Shown here: positions 49,357-58,575 of the stretch, one piece after another
How positions within the stretch are numbered: position 1 is the first letter of the stretch
How the letters are laid out: every line of letters begins with the position of its first letter
From: Candidatus Bathyarchaeia archaeon
GTDB taxonomy: Archaea; Thermoproteota; Bathyarchaeia; Bathyarchaeales; Bathycorpusculaceae
Reading direction: 5' to 3'
NCBI GenBank assembly: GCA_049515895.1
Contig: JBEKTQ010000021.1
Span: 1 to 64,000, forward strand
Length of the DNA: 64,000 nt
Notes under the pieces: generated by a model
What the model was told of the DNA's origin: nothing
The model's input: only the letters and a program-made list of their open reading frames with translations
Databases searched by the model: none
Made by a program: the position numbers and the translations under genes

Positions 49357-49404
49357 GTTTAAACTAAATTTTGTAAACAAGTAATTTTTGTGGATAAACG
49401 TGAA
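49357..49404. repeat. ~47-bp direct repeat, right copy
   Basis: GTTTAAACTAAATTTTGTAAACAAGTAATTTTTGTGGATAAACGTGAA; one indel and one substitution relative to the left copy. Confidence 0.85.
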
Positions 49405-49521
49405 ATTAAACGATTAGCGGATAAACTTAACTTTCTATCAAGTTGCTTTGAATTGCCTCTCACGGTGGATGCGGGGCGACAGGGAATAATCACCCTCAGT
49501 TTGGCGTTAAAAACGATATTT

Positions 49522-49662
49522 TAGTCCAAGTACTTCATTCTATCTGACCTAACAGACAAAACTTACAATAACTTTTTAACATCGGACAAGTTTTAGTAAA
49601 TTAAGGGAAACGGCATGGAAGAAAAATTTAATAACCATGTCGGAGGAAATCGTTATTTAAGT
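49522..49662. repeat. ~140-bp dispersed repeat, copy 3
   Basis: Colinear with 43008-43147 with scattered substitutions. Confidence 0.9.
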
Positions 49663-50368
49663 ATAATCGTTTCTGAAGCATTAAATACTGGCTTCTTCGG
49701 CTGAAAACGTAACTACTTCTGATTCAGAAGCACACAATATCACGAAAGAACAACTAACTCTGTTTTAATGATGGACTGTTATTATCTTGAAACGCTCGTG
49801 ATACCAAGTCATATGAACCAGAAATGGATGTTGCGGAGCTCGCCAGAATATTTCAATTTCTTACATATTAGTGTACGTGAAATCTGCTTTAAATCGAGTT
49901 AAAGCTTTGAGTGCATAGGAGCGCACGAAATTAGTGCGGGGGGATAGGAGACGGCTAGTAATACTGCCAAAATAGACGAAGTATCAGATGCTCTGCATAA
50001 GGTTTTCTGCGACCACGCACGGGCACAAGCACAGAAAGTACAACCAGAGAAGCAATGATAATTTGAAGGCGGTTTGATATGGAATCTATTCAGCATTCCA
50101 TTTGTTGAGAAGACGAACGCTTTCTTGTTTGTGAATTGGGTAGTTTGTCTGCAAAGTCAAGGAGTTCTCTGTAGTTTTTCCCGGTGTCGATTGCTGAGCC
50201 GAAGCCTAATAATTCGTGCTTTTGAAGCTCATCTGGGATAGTCGGTTGGGGAGACTTCGCCTGTGCATCGAGCACTTTGGCGAAGACTTCGTCTACTTTC
50301 TGGTGTTGTTGTGAAGATATGAGAATAAGATTATCAAAGACTTCAAAAGTTGCTCAACCCTTACTTTT

Positions 50369-50926
50369 TCATTGTTTAGCTATTTCTCTTGTCCAATTAC
50401 GTATAGCGTCTAAGTCTCTTAAGTCATAAACTCCAGCTTTTGTTTCCTTGTAACCAGCCCCCTCAAGCTTTGGCTTAATTGATGATAGAGTTTTTTTGAA
50501 GAACCATGGCATTTTGTTGAAATCATAGCATCCACCAAAGAACCCCAATGCGACTGGATTCACTTTGTATTCAACAGCTTTATCTTCAAGATATTTTCGT
50601 TTGGCATTTTCTAGCTCTTCGTTTTTCTTTTCTCCTTCCGATAGAGGATTTGCGCCACCACAAGAAACAAAAAGGGCTAACTTCTTGGTTGATAATTCCT
50701 TCTGGTGTTTTTTGAGGAAGTCTTCAGGTTCGCTGGTCCATTTACCCATTTGGATTCCACTGCCAACTATGATGAGGTCGAATTCGCTTATGCTTTGGAC
50801 TTTTTCTTTTTTGGCATCGACAATCTTGACCTCATAGCCTGCTTGTTGAAGAGTATCAGCGATAACTTCAGATGTATTCGCAGTTGCTCCATAGCGAGTT
50901 CCGTAAACAATCAAAGCCTTACTCAT
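50369..50926 (-). CDS. Flavodoxin-domain protein (HemG-like)
   Basis: IVYGTRYGAT, DLIIVGSGI and DLRD.DAIRNW motifs. Confidence 0.9.
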   Translation of the reverse strand: MSKALIVYGTRYGATANTSEVIADTLQQAGYEVKIVDAKKEKVQSISEFDLIIVGSGIQMGKWTSEPEDFLKKHQKELSTKKLALFVSCGGANPLSEGEKKNEELENAKRKYLEDKAVEYKVNPVALGFFGGCYDFNKMPWFFKKTLSSIKPKLEGAGYKETKAGVYDLRDLDAIRNWTREIAKQ

Positions 50927-51286
50927 GCTTTCCTCCCTCTGCTATTCTATTTCGTTTGTGATATATAATAAGTGATTCTCAGAAATCACAATTATTGAAG
51001 AACGGTGTGTCAAATTACTCTGGGTTTCCAATCAATCATCAAGTGCATTAAAACTGGTCCTAAAGTGTTTTTCGTGCGAAGCATCAAAAATCCCAAAGCA
51101 AAAGAAAGCGGAACTAAGTTTTGTCAACTTCAAATTCGATGGTTATTGAACAGCTTTTCTGCGGCAAAGGGTCATCAGAACTTTACAGGTGTGGAAGGTT
51201 TTTAAAGGATTGAATGCTCTATTTTCATGAGGATTTTTGAGGCGCCCACCTTTTGAGAAAGCGCTTTTTGGTGGTTAAAAATCAAC

Positions 51287-52663
51287 ATGACAGTTAAAGT
51301 AGCCTTAGTTTACCCTTATTTCCACCCGGCGAACGATAACTCAATCTTTCGTTTTCCACCGCTGGGGTTAGGCTACATAGCAGCTGCCCTGAAGAAGCAC
51401 GGTTTTGATGTGGAATTGGTGGACTGCACTTTTATGCAGTTTTCGGAAGCCGTTGAAAGGGTGAAGCGTGCCAAACCACAAATTGTTGGTTTTTACTCCA
51501 TGTTTTCGATGAAGAAAACAACGCTGGAACTGGCGGCAGCAATCAAGCGAGATTGTAAAGATGACTGCGGCTTGTTTGTGGTTGGCGGTCCAATGCCGAC
51601 TTGGTCGCCTGAAAGTTTCCTTGGCCCCTTTGATGTGGTTGCGGTGGGTGAAGGCGAGGAAACCATGGTTGAGCTTGCCAACTGCGTTTCACAGGGGATG
51701 GCTTTTTCAAGCGTTAGAGGGGTTGTATTTAAGGATGGCGACCGCGTTGTGCACACCGAGCCCAGACCCTTCATCCGCGACCTCGACAATTTGGCCTATC
51801 CGGCTCGTGAACTTTTTGATAACGACGCTTATCAGAAGTATTATCTTGACCGTTTCGGCTACTCGACGTCGTCGATGATTACGTCGCGGGGTTGCCCGTT
51901 TTCATGCGATTTCTGCAGTAGACCAATCTTCGGGGTTGACATGAGAAGCCGATCTGCTGAGAGCATTGTTGGCGAGGTGGAGCAGATTAAGTCGCTGGGT
52001 TATTCGCGAGTCTGGTTTGCTGACGACTGCTTCACCCTCAACCGAACACATCTTCTCAATGTATGCAACGAGCTGGTCCGGCGCGGAGTTGACATAGGCT
52101 GGGAGTGTCTGTCGCGTGTGGACACGATGGATGCCAAGGTGGCGGAGGGCATGAAGCGTGCTGGTTGCCTTCGCGTTTTCTTTGGCATAGAGTCAGGCAA
52201 TAACTCTGTTTTAGGCTTGATGAACAAATGCATCACAACCGAGCAGGCGAAAAGAGCGGTGTACGCCGCTAAGGCTGCGGGGCTCAAGGTCGGCGCCTTC
52301 TTCATCATTGGATACCCCGGGGAAAGCAACAAAACAGTGCTGGATACAGTGCGTTTCGCTTCGGCTTTGCCGCTTGATTACTTGTCGTTCACGTTGCCTT
52401 ACCCGATTCCTGGAACCCCGCTGTACGAACGGGTTAAAGGCAAAGGGGTTGCGATTGATGATTGGGAAGAGCCGAAAAATTACCGTTTGATTAGGCACAA
52501 GCTGCTTTATGCTTCTGGCTTTAGCGAGAGTAAGTTGAAGTTTGCTATTGGGAAAGCGCACGCGCAGTTTTACGGACGAAAGTACTTGGGAAAAGCGGGC
52601 TACAGCATTTTGGGGAAACCCTTTGAACGTTTAACTGACGCCACATTTGAAATTATGCTTTAG
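51287..52663 (+). CDS. B12-binding domain radical SAM protein
   Basis: PPLGLGYIAA, VVGGP, GEGEET, TSRGCPFSCDFC, GIESG, IGYPGE and PIPGTPLY motifs. Confidence 0.93.
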   Translation: MTVKVALVYPYFHPANDNSIFRFPPLGLGYIAAALKKHGFDVELVDCTFMQFSEAVERVKRAKPQIVGFYSMFSMKKTTLELAAAIKRDCKDDCGLFVVGGPMPTWSPESFLGPFDVVAVGEGEETMVELANCVSQGMAFSSVRGVVFKDGDRVVHTEPRPFIRDLDNLAYPARELFDNDAYQKYYLDRFGYSTSSMITSRGCPFSCDFCSRPIFGVDMRSRSAESIVGEVEQIKSLGYSRVWFADDCFTLNRTHLLNVCNELVRRGVDIGWECLSRVDTMDAKVAEGMKRAGCLRVFFGIESGNNSVLGLMNKCITTEQAKRAVYAAKAAGLKVGAFFIIGYPGESNKTVLDTVRFASALPLDYLSFTLPYPIPGTPLYERVKGKGVAIDDWEEPKNYRLIRHKLLYASGFSESKLKFAIGKAHAQFYGRKYLGKAGYSILGKPFERLTDATFEIML

Positions 52664-52761
52664 CTTTCCACCTAAAATTTTCCAAGAAAGAACTGCTAAA
52701 AACTGGTCGGAGACATTTAGCTTCAATTAGCCATAAGGTTAATGTTGCCTGCCATCCAAGA

Positions 52762-53274
52762 TTGCACCAGATGCAGAAATCAATCTTGGTGCCCGCCTGC
52801 ATAAGCTCAATCCGAATCGCAGTCCTGCCTCTCTGGTTCTACCTTTACAATTCAGGAAACATCGTCCTGTGCTTGGCTGTGTTCGCTGCCGCAGCATTCA
52901 CAGACCTTATTGATGGTTTCTTGGCGCGAAGATTGAAGGGGAGCACTAGGTTTGGCGCCTACTACGATGCCGCAACCGACTTTGCCTTCGTGATTGGCAT
53001 TTTCACGTTTTTCAGTTTGAAAGGTTTCTACCCGGTTTGGCTGCTGCTTCTCATAACCGTGTCGTTCGCCCAATTCATCGCTTCAAGCGTCTACGCCAAA
53101 AAACTTCACGATCCTATCGGCAGATTCACGGGTAGTGCGCTGTACATAGGTGTCGTGTTAACGCTTGTCATTCCTTCAAAGGCAACATTCAGCTTCGTAG
53201 AATACGCTTTCTTTGGATTTTTCTTATTGTCGCTTGCGAGCCGCGCTGTAAGCTTTGCCAAAAAACCCGCTTAA
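52762..53274 (+). CDS. CDP-alcohol phosphatidyltransferase family protein
   Basis: DLIDGFLARRLKGSTRFGAYYDAATD fits DxxDGxxAR...GxxxDxxxD. Confidence 0.9.
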   Translation: MHQMQKSILVPACISSIRIAVLPLWFYLYNSGNIVLCLAVFAAAAFTDLIDGFLARRLKGSTRFGAYYDAATDFAFVIGIFTFFSLKGFYPVWLLLLITVSFAQFIASSVYAKKLHDPIGRFTGSALYIGVVLTLVIPSKATFSFVEYAFFGFFLLSLASRAVSFAKKPA

Positions 53275-53536
53275 AACAGCATTTGCAACTAGCTTTTGTT
53301 TAGGTGATTTTTTGTTTGCTCATGCATGCTACACTGCGGTCAAAATAGACAAAACGAAAAGAAGCATCTAGATGAGCAAAATAGGGAACTAACGAACCAT
53401 TTTTCATGTGCCCCAATGTTTTTCATCCAAGCATTTTGAAAACTGAAATTCAAGAACTCTCAAACTAAGAATAAAGAAAGGATTTTTGCATCCCTTCTTT
53501 TGACTCTTTACCTGCAACTACAAGCGAAGGATTTTC

Positions 53537-53992
53537 TTAGGTTTTCTTAGGCTTTCTAAGCATTGAACCAGCATAAAGCCCGATGAAACTAACCACTAAC
53601 CCAACGACAAAGTCAACCGTTATCACAAGTGCTGCATAAGCTGACCAATCATGATTTGTCCAACCACTAGTTTTGAACATGCTCGTTATAGAGTCCTTGA
53701 ACCAAGGGCTCGCTAAGGGATTGGCGATCCAAATCCCGAGGAAGAACATCAGCGTAAAAGCAGACAAGACAACAATACTGCCAATTGTTCTAATTCTCGA
53801 CTCGTCCTGAATCTTTAGCGCAAACACGAAGCCGACAATTAATGAAGCCACCAGCCACGCAATAATATAAGCAAGCAGGTCACTCATCGAGTTAGAGTTT
53901 AGTGGAATAAACGCAACCAGCAAGATAGCGTCAAGCGCTAAGCCAATGAGAACTAAAGAAGCCGTTGCCATAACCACATCACTGAATTTCAA
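53537..53992 (-). CDS. Hypothetical four-TM membrane protein
   Basis: GGAGGAGGTGA RBS before TTG 53992; four hydrophobic segments. Confidence 0.75.
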   Translation of the reverse strand: MKFSDVVMATASLVLIGLALDAILLVAFIPLNSNSMSDLLAYIIAWLVASLIVGFVFALKIQDESRIRTIGSIVVLSAFTLMFFLGIWIANPLASPWFKDSITSMFKTSGWTNHDWSAYAALVITVDFVVGLVVSFIGLYAGSMLRKPKKT

Positions 53993-54406
53993 ACAATCAC
54001 CTCCTCCCAAGCTGAAATGCAAAAATACTATTTTCTTGTTATTAGCTTAAATAATTTGTGATGTCGATTCATTCACAGTTGTTTTTCCGTCACAAATTGA
54101 AGGTTTCATGCAATCAACATGCCGTAGTGAATCATCTGAAACCTCTACCGCAAACTTTAAACCTAAGGCTAAGCTCACACGCAAAGTGAAGTGAGAGAAG
54201 AAGCCGCTGGCAGAGGCTCATCTGACCAAGGCTATCAGACTCACACAATCGCACGCAAACAACAACCCTTGCAAAAAGTTGCATGCGACCAAAAGATCGC
54301 TATTTCTCTCCCAAGAAAACAATCGAGATTTAGCCGCCAAAAGCGGCTCACATCACTTCCAAAATTAACAGCAGACACTACAAGATAAGAATGGAGGTGA
54401 AATTGA

Positions 54407-54718
54407 GTGACGAAGTATTATGTAAAGTGGACAGTGAATCCTCTGGAAATCCCCAAAAATCCAGAAGAAAGAATGAAACTCTGGCAATCAGCTCTCGAAA
54501 TGGTTAAAGCAGACATGAAGGCTGGGATTGTCAAAGAATGGGGGTTTGCTGCTGATTCAAGTGAAGGATTCGGTATCACGGAATTCGCTAACGAAACAGA
54601 CCACGCCGCTTACGCATTAAAATGGATACCAGTCCTCAACAGTGTAGACAAACCAGTTCTTTCAGTGGACGAGTGTTTAGAGGTATTCCAGAAATTGACT
54701 ACTTCGATGAAGAAATAA
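54407..54718 (+). CDS. DUF3303-like small protein
   Basis: GGAGGTGA RBS; KYYVKW...P.NPEER...VKADMKAG.VKEWG. Confidence 0.7.
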   Translation: MTKYYVKWTVNPLEIPKNPEERMKLWQSALEMVKADMKAGIVKEWGFAADSSEGFGITEFANETDHAAYALKWIPVLNSVDKPVLSVDECLEVFQKLTTSMKK

Positions 54719-54848
54719 TTAAATTCACTTCCTCCTCTTTTTTTTGTGCGATATAGGTGATATGCGCGTGGATGTAAGTGGAAGAGAGAATAAGAAAACA
54801 ATTATTGAAAGATCGAAAAAACAAGTCAGAAAAGTATTTTTGGATTTG

Positions 54849-54865
54849 GGATTAAAATTTAATGA
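54849..54865. repeat. 17-bp palindrome, copy 3 (degenerate right end)
   Basis: GGATTAAAATTTAATGA. Confidence 0.65.
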
Positions 54866-54992
54866 AAAAAACATGGTTTTTACTTCGAAATTATTAGTTG
54901 TCGAGTCACGGAAAGATTTTTTTATGCAAGAAAGTTGGTGTGAAGCACTGAGAGAAGGAAAGATAAGGTTTAATCTTTCCCAAAAGCTGCAC

Positions 54993-55883
54993 TTAAGGTA
55001 TCGCAGAGGATTTTTGGAAATCTACGTAGTACCACAACACAGTGTTATTGATAACGGAAACTGTGCGATTTCCATTTTGATAGGGTTTTCCAACCGTGAC
55101 ATTGACCATCTTGTCCCACTGCGGCTCCACGTAAACAAGCCCCCTGTTTGTGGTGTTGAAACAGTCAAGTGCATGACTTTGGTTGCCTGGAAAATACACG
55201 AATGCGTAACCACATTCATATCCCGCTCTTAAGGCGTTGTTTCTAAAGTCAGTGGCGAAATTGACGCAGGTGTAGCTTCCTTCAATGTAAGGATGACTAC
55301 CAGTTTTGTCTGACGCGACAAACTGTTGGGCTTCAGAATAGGTTGGATTCAAAGGGCTTGCGCTGGCAACCAAAGTTGTTGCCAAAATAACCAAGAGAAA
55401 AACTGATAGACCGAGACTCCAGCATTTGCCCAAGCCTTTAGCCAGAACACGCGCTTTTTTCACAATTCTGTTAACGTTTTTTTCTCCTCTCTCGACAAAA
55501 TCAATGCGTGCTTGCAGTTGCTGCCTCAAGAAGGCTTCAAAATTGGGATTGCTTTTCAACTCGTTTACTGGTTTTCCCTTTTGAAACAGGAACCAGACAA
55601 TTAATAGAACAGCAAAAGCCGAGCAATAGAACTTCGCAACCCAAGTTGAGACCAGCAAAAGGACTAACACTCCATAAACTGGAGTCAGCAACAATATCCA
55701 CATCAGCTCAAGCAAGTTATGAGCTTGTAATAAGACAAATCCGAAAGGTGAAAGAAAAATGATAGAAGCGATAAACCACGCGAAATGTTCGCGATAGAGA
55801 GATTTGAGAATTCTGAAAAGAGTGAAGTAAACTAGCATAATAGTAAGCAAAACAGGAGGGATTGCAAGCCACAAACCCACCAT
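54993..55883 (-). CDS. Membrane protein with C-terminal transglutaminase/cysteine-protease-like domain
   Basis: Several TM helices, then YTCVNFA..F..NA...G..CG, SHAL and VYVEPQ.D (candidate Cys/His catalytic residues). Confidence 0.65.
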   Translation of the reverse strand: MVGLWLAIPPVLLTIMLVYFTLFRILKSLYREHFAWFIASIIFLSPFGFVLLQAHNLLELMWILLLTPVYGVLVLLLVSTWVAKFYCSAFAVLLIVWFLFQKGKPVNELKSNPNFEAFLRQQLQARIDFVERGEKNVNRIVKKARVLAKGLGKCWSLGLSVFLLVILATTLVASASPLNPTYSEAQQFVASDKTGSHPYIEGSYTCVNFATDFRNNALRAGYECGYAFVYFPGNQSHALDCFNTTNRGLVYVEPQWDKMVNVTVGKPYQNGNRTVSVINNTVLWYYVDFQKSSAIP

Positions 55884-56056
55884 CGATTACCTTCTTGTTT
55901 AAACTTTTCGGGATTAAACTTGCTGCGTATTCCGTCAACAGCTATTGTGTCGAACTATCTCTTAGATTTATCTGATTAAGACCATTTTTTGGCTAAACCT
56001 TGATTCAATATGATGAATGCTACTTTGCGCAGCATGAACTTTGGATTTGGGTTTTG

Positions 56057-56073
56057 GAATTAAAATTTAATCT
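56057..56073. repeat. 17-bp palindrome, copy 4
   Basis: GAATTAAAATTTAATCT. Confidence 0.65.
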
Positions 56074-56118
56074 TTCTCTCTCGCCTATCGTCGCTGGTTC
56101 AAGATTAGGTGTTGTCAA

Positions 56119-57339
56119 TTAGGCAGTTGGAAGCAATTGATTTTTGCAGGGATCTTTTGCAAACAAGAACACAACGGCGGCTGATGCTACACCGCATATC
56201 CCAAACATGGCATATAGGATTTGAAAGTTGTTCGCGTAAAGGTTAAGCAACAAACCGCTTAAAATTAATCCCGCAATAACGCCAACGCTCCGAAACGATC
56301 CGTTCAAAGACATCATAGTGCCTCGAAAACCCGGAGCCTGTTCGAGAGCCAAACTGTTGAGACCCACAATTGACATACTGGCAAAACCTGCTGATACCAT
56401 CCACATTGCAGCAGAAGCCCACGCGTTAGGCATAAAGGCGATCAAAACTGCGAATATTCCCGAAATTGCACTTGCCACGACAGCAAGAGGTTTCCTCCCG
56501 ATTCGATTAATCAATCGCCCCCCAACTATTACACCCATAATCCCCATTGCTGAAGCGATCGAATAGAAAATCGCCCCCGTGCTCAAAGACTCATGAAAAT
56601 ACAATCTGTAAAACGACACCGCATACACAGGCGCCAAGAACGCGAAGTTAGCAAACGCGGTCCCGATTTGGCAAGCAAGCACGGATTTCTTTGACAAGAT
56701 TTGTTTAAAAGCCTCCAAGTATCGAGGCTTGTTTACAACCTCTTCTTGACATGGTTTCGAGGGAAGAGCAAAAAAGCCAAATAGCAAACTAAATACGGAT
56801 ATTGGAAGGATAACCCACAAAAGAACAGGGCGCCATCCAGCAGCATTAGTAATTAGGCTCGTCATTTGAGGCATAACCAAATTCGCAATAAATACGCCCC
56901 CCATTACTAACCCTACTGCCATTCCCTTTTTCTCCAAAGGCAAAAAATCTCCAATTAAAGCGAAAACCACAATGCCAATCATTGCTGCGCCTATTCCAAG
57001 AAAGAGACTGAAGAACAGAATAGACGCAAAATCTGGAGCGAAAAACGAACCTAAAGCTCCGACGCCAAAAAGCGCAACACCAAGCAAGAACAACGATTTA
57101 TGTTTGAACCTGACTGTCAAAAAACCCATGACAAAACCTACAATAAGACCCACAAACGAGCTGATGGTCAAAATCTGGCTTGCAGTTCCCACAGTAACTT
57201 TTAGCGACGAGGCCACGTTTACCATAGCATTGCTTAAGAAAACCTCAAATGTGAAGGTTAAGAACATGCCCAAAAGCAAGGCAGGCACGAACAATTGGCT
57301 TTTAAGACTTTTCTTAGCAGCAGACCCTTGGATGCTCAT
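56119..57339 (-). CDS. Major facilitator superfamily transporter
   Basis: About 12 TM helices, GGRLINRIGRK motif, GWR and RGTMMS. Confidence 0.92.
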   Translation of the reverse strand: MSIQGSAAKKSLKSQLFVPALLLGMFLTFTFEVFLSNAMVNVASSLKVTVGTASQILTISSFVGLIVGFVMGFLTVRFKHKSLFLLGVALFGVGALGSFFAPDFASILFFSLFLGIGAAMIGIVVFALIGDFLPLEKKGMAVGLVMGGVFIANLVMPQMTSLITNAAGWRPVLLWVILPISVFSLLFGFFALPSKPCQEEVVNKPRYLEAFKQILSKKSVLACQIGTAFANFAFLAPVYAVSFYRLYFHESLSTGAIFYSIASAMGIMGVIVGGRLINRIGRKPLAVVASAISGIFAVLIAFMPNAWASAAMWMVSAGFASMSIVGLNSLALEQAPGFRGTMMSLNGSFRSVGVIAGLILSGLLLNLYANNFQILYAMFGICGVASAAVVFLFAKDPCKNQLLPTA

Positions 57340-57558
57340 GTTTTTCTATTATTTATGTAACTAATATATCAGATTATAGTAATTATGTTTGGACTTTTTA
57401 GAATTTTTATTAAGAATTGGCGCATGATTCCTGTGTTGTAGCGTGGCCTGAAAGTATCTGTATACTAAATGTTGTGATTGAAATAGGTTAACTCTTGAGT
57501 TATTCCTAAATTTGAAATAGCACTCTTATATCATATTACAGATCAGTAAATAAGTAAA

Positions 57559-58575
57559 ATGGCGCAAAATCAAAAATTGCCTTCTGAAATCCTAGCCGAG
57601 CCAATTCTGGTGGGAAGAGAAAAAGAACTTGAAGAGTTGAAAGGATGTCTAGATGAAGCTTGGTCGGGAAAAGGAGTAACCCTCTTTATTTCTGGAGAGG
57701 CTGGCGCAGGAAAAACCAGACTTACAACAGAATTCCTAAACATCGCCAAGAAAAAACAAGTAACTGTTTTAACTGGCTGGTGCCTAAGCGATGTCGCAGT
57801 CCCCTACTTTCCATTCATGGAAGCCTTTGACTCTTACACATCAAGCATAGAAGACAATGAAGTAACGATTGCTAACCAACAATTAAGTTTGAAATCATGG
57901 CTTATTAAGAACCAATCTGAAGCAAACGAGACAATTCGAAACACCTCTCCGCAGGTGTGGAAAGATCAAGTGTTTGTGGCAGTCGCTAAAGAACTGCTGT
58001 TCTTATCAACGAAAAAACCCTTGATTTTGGTTTTGGAAGACATACACTGGGCGGATTCCGCCTCTCTTTCGTTGCTTCATTATCTTGCACGCCAAGCGGT
58101 TTCTGAGAGAATTCTCATCGTAGCAACTTTCAGAAGCGAGGAACTTAATGTACGTGTTGAAGGTCATTCTAATTCCCTGTCCAAAGAACTACTTCTAATG
58201 GGACGTGAGGATCTCTACCGAGAAGTGAAACTTTCCAGTCTCACTCGGGATGCCGTTCGGAGAGTTGCTGAGAACATGTTAGGTGGATCGGTGCAGCCAG
58301 ACCTTGGGGAAAAATTAGCAGCCAACACTATGGGCAATCCTCTTTTCCTCGTGGAATCTCTAAGAATGATGCATCAACAAGGAAGCCTCGCCAAAACTAA
58401 CGGTAAATGGAGTCTGCGCGTTGATAACTTTGAAATTCCCAAAAAAGTCAAGGACGTGATACTGCGAAGATTAGAAGCCTTGAAATCCGATCAAAGACTA
58501 ATTTTGAACGCAGCATCTGTGGTGGGAGAAAAATTTGATCCTAAGTTGATCGCTGCCGTTGTTTCTCAGGATTAA
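57559..58575 (+). CDS. AAA/STAND-like ATPase, N-terminal part of a frameshifted gene
   Basis: LVGREKEL, Walker A GEAGAGKT, Walker B LVLEDIHWAD and GNPLFL. Confidence 0.85.
   Translation: MAQNQKLPSEILAEPILVGREKELEELKGCLDEAWSGKGVTLFISGEAGAGKTRLTTEFLNIAKKKQVTVLTGWCLSDVAVPYFPFMEAFDSYTSSIEDNEVTIANQQLSLKSWLIKNQSEANETIRNTSPQVWKDQVFVAVAKELLFLSTKKPLILVLEDIHWADSASLSLLHYLARQAVSERILIVATFRSEELNVRVEGHSNSLSKELLLMGREDLYREVKLSSLTRDAVRRVAENMLGGSVQPDLGEKLAANTMGNPLFLVESLRMMHQQGSLAKTNGKWSLRVDNFEIPKKVKDVILRRLEALKSDQRLILNAASVVGEKFDPKLIAAVVSQD

Noticed and set aside
49700-50340. Short ORFs 49899-50096 and 50090-50275
   Set aside because: Probably decayed gene fragments; no recognisable motif or start signal.
54744-55232. 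162-aa plus-strand ORF
   Set aside because: It overlaps the better-supported minus-strand gene 54993-55883 and runs through a terminator-like tract and palindrome copy 3.
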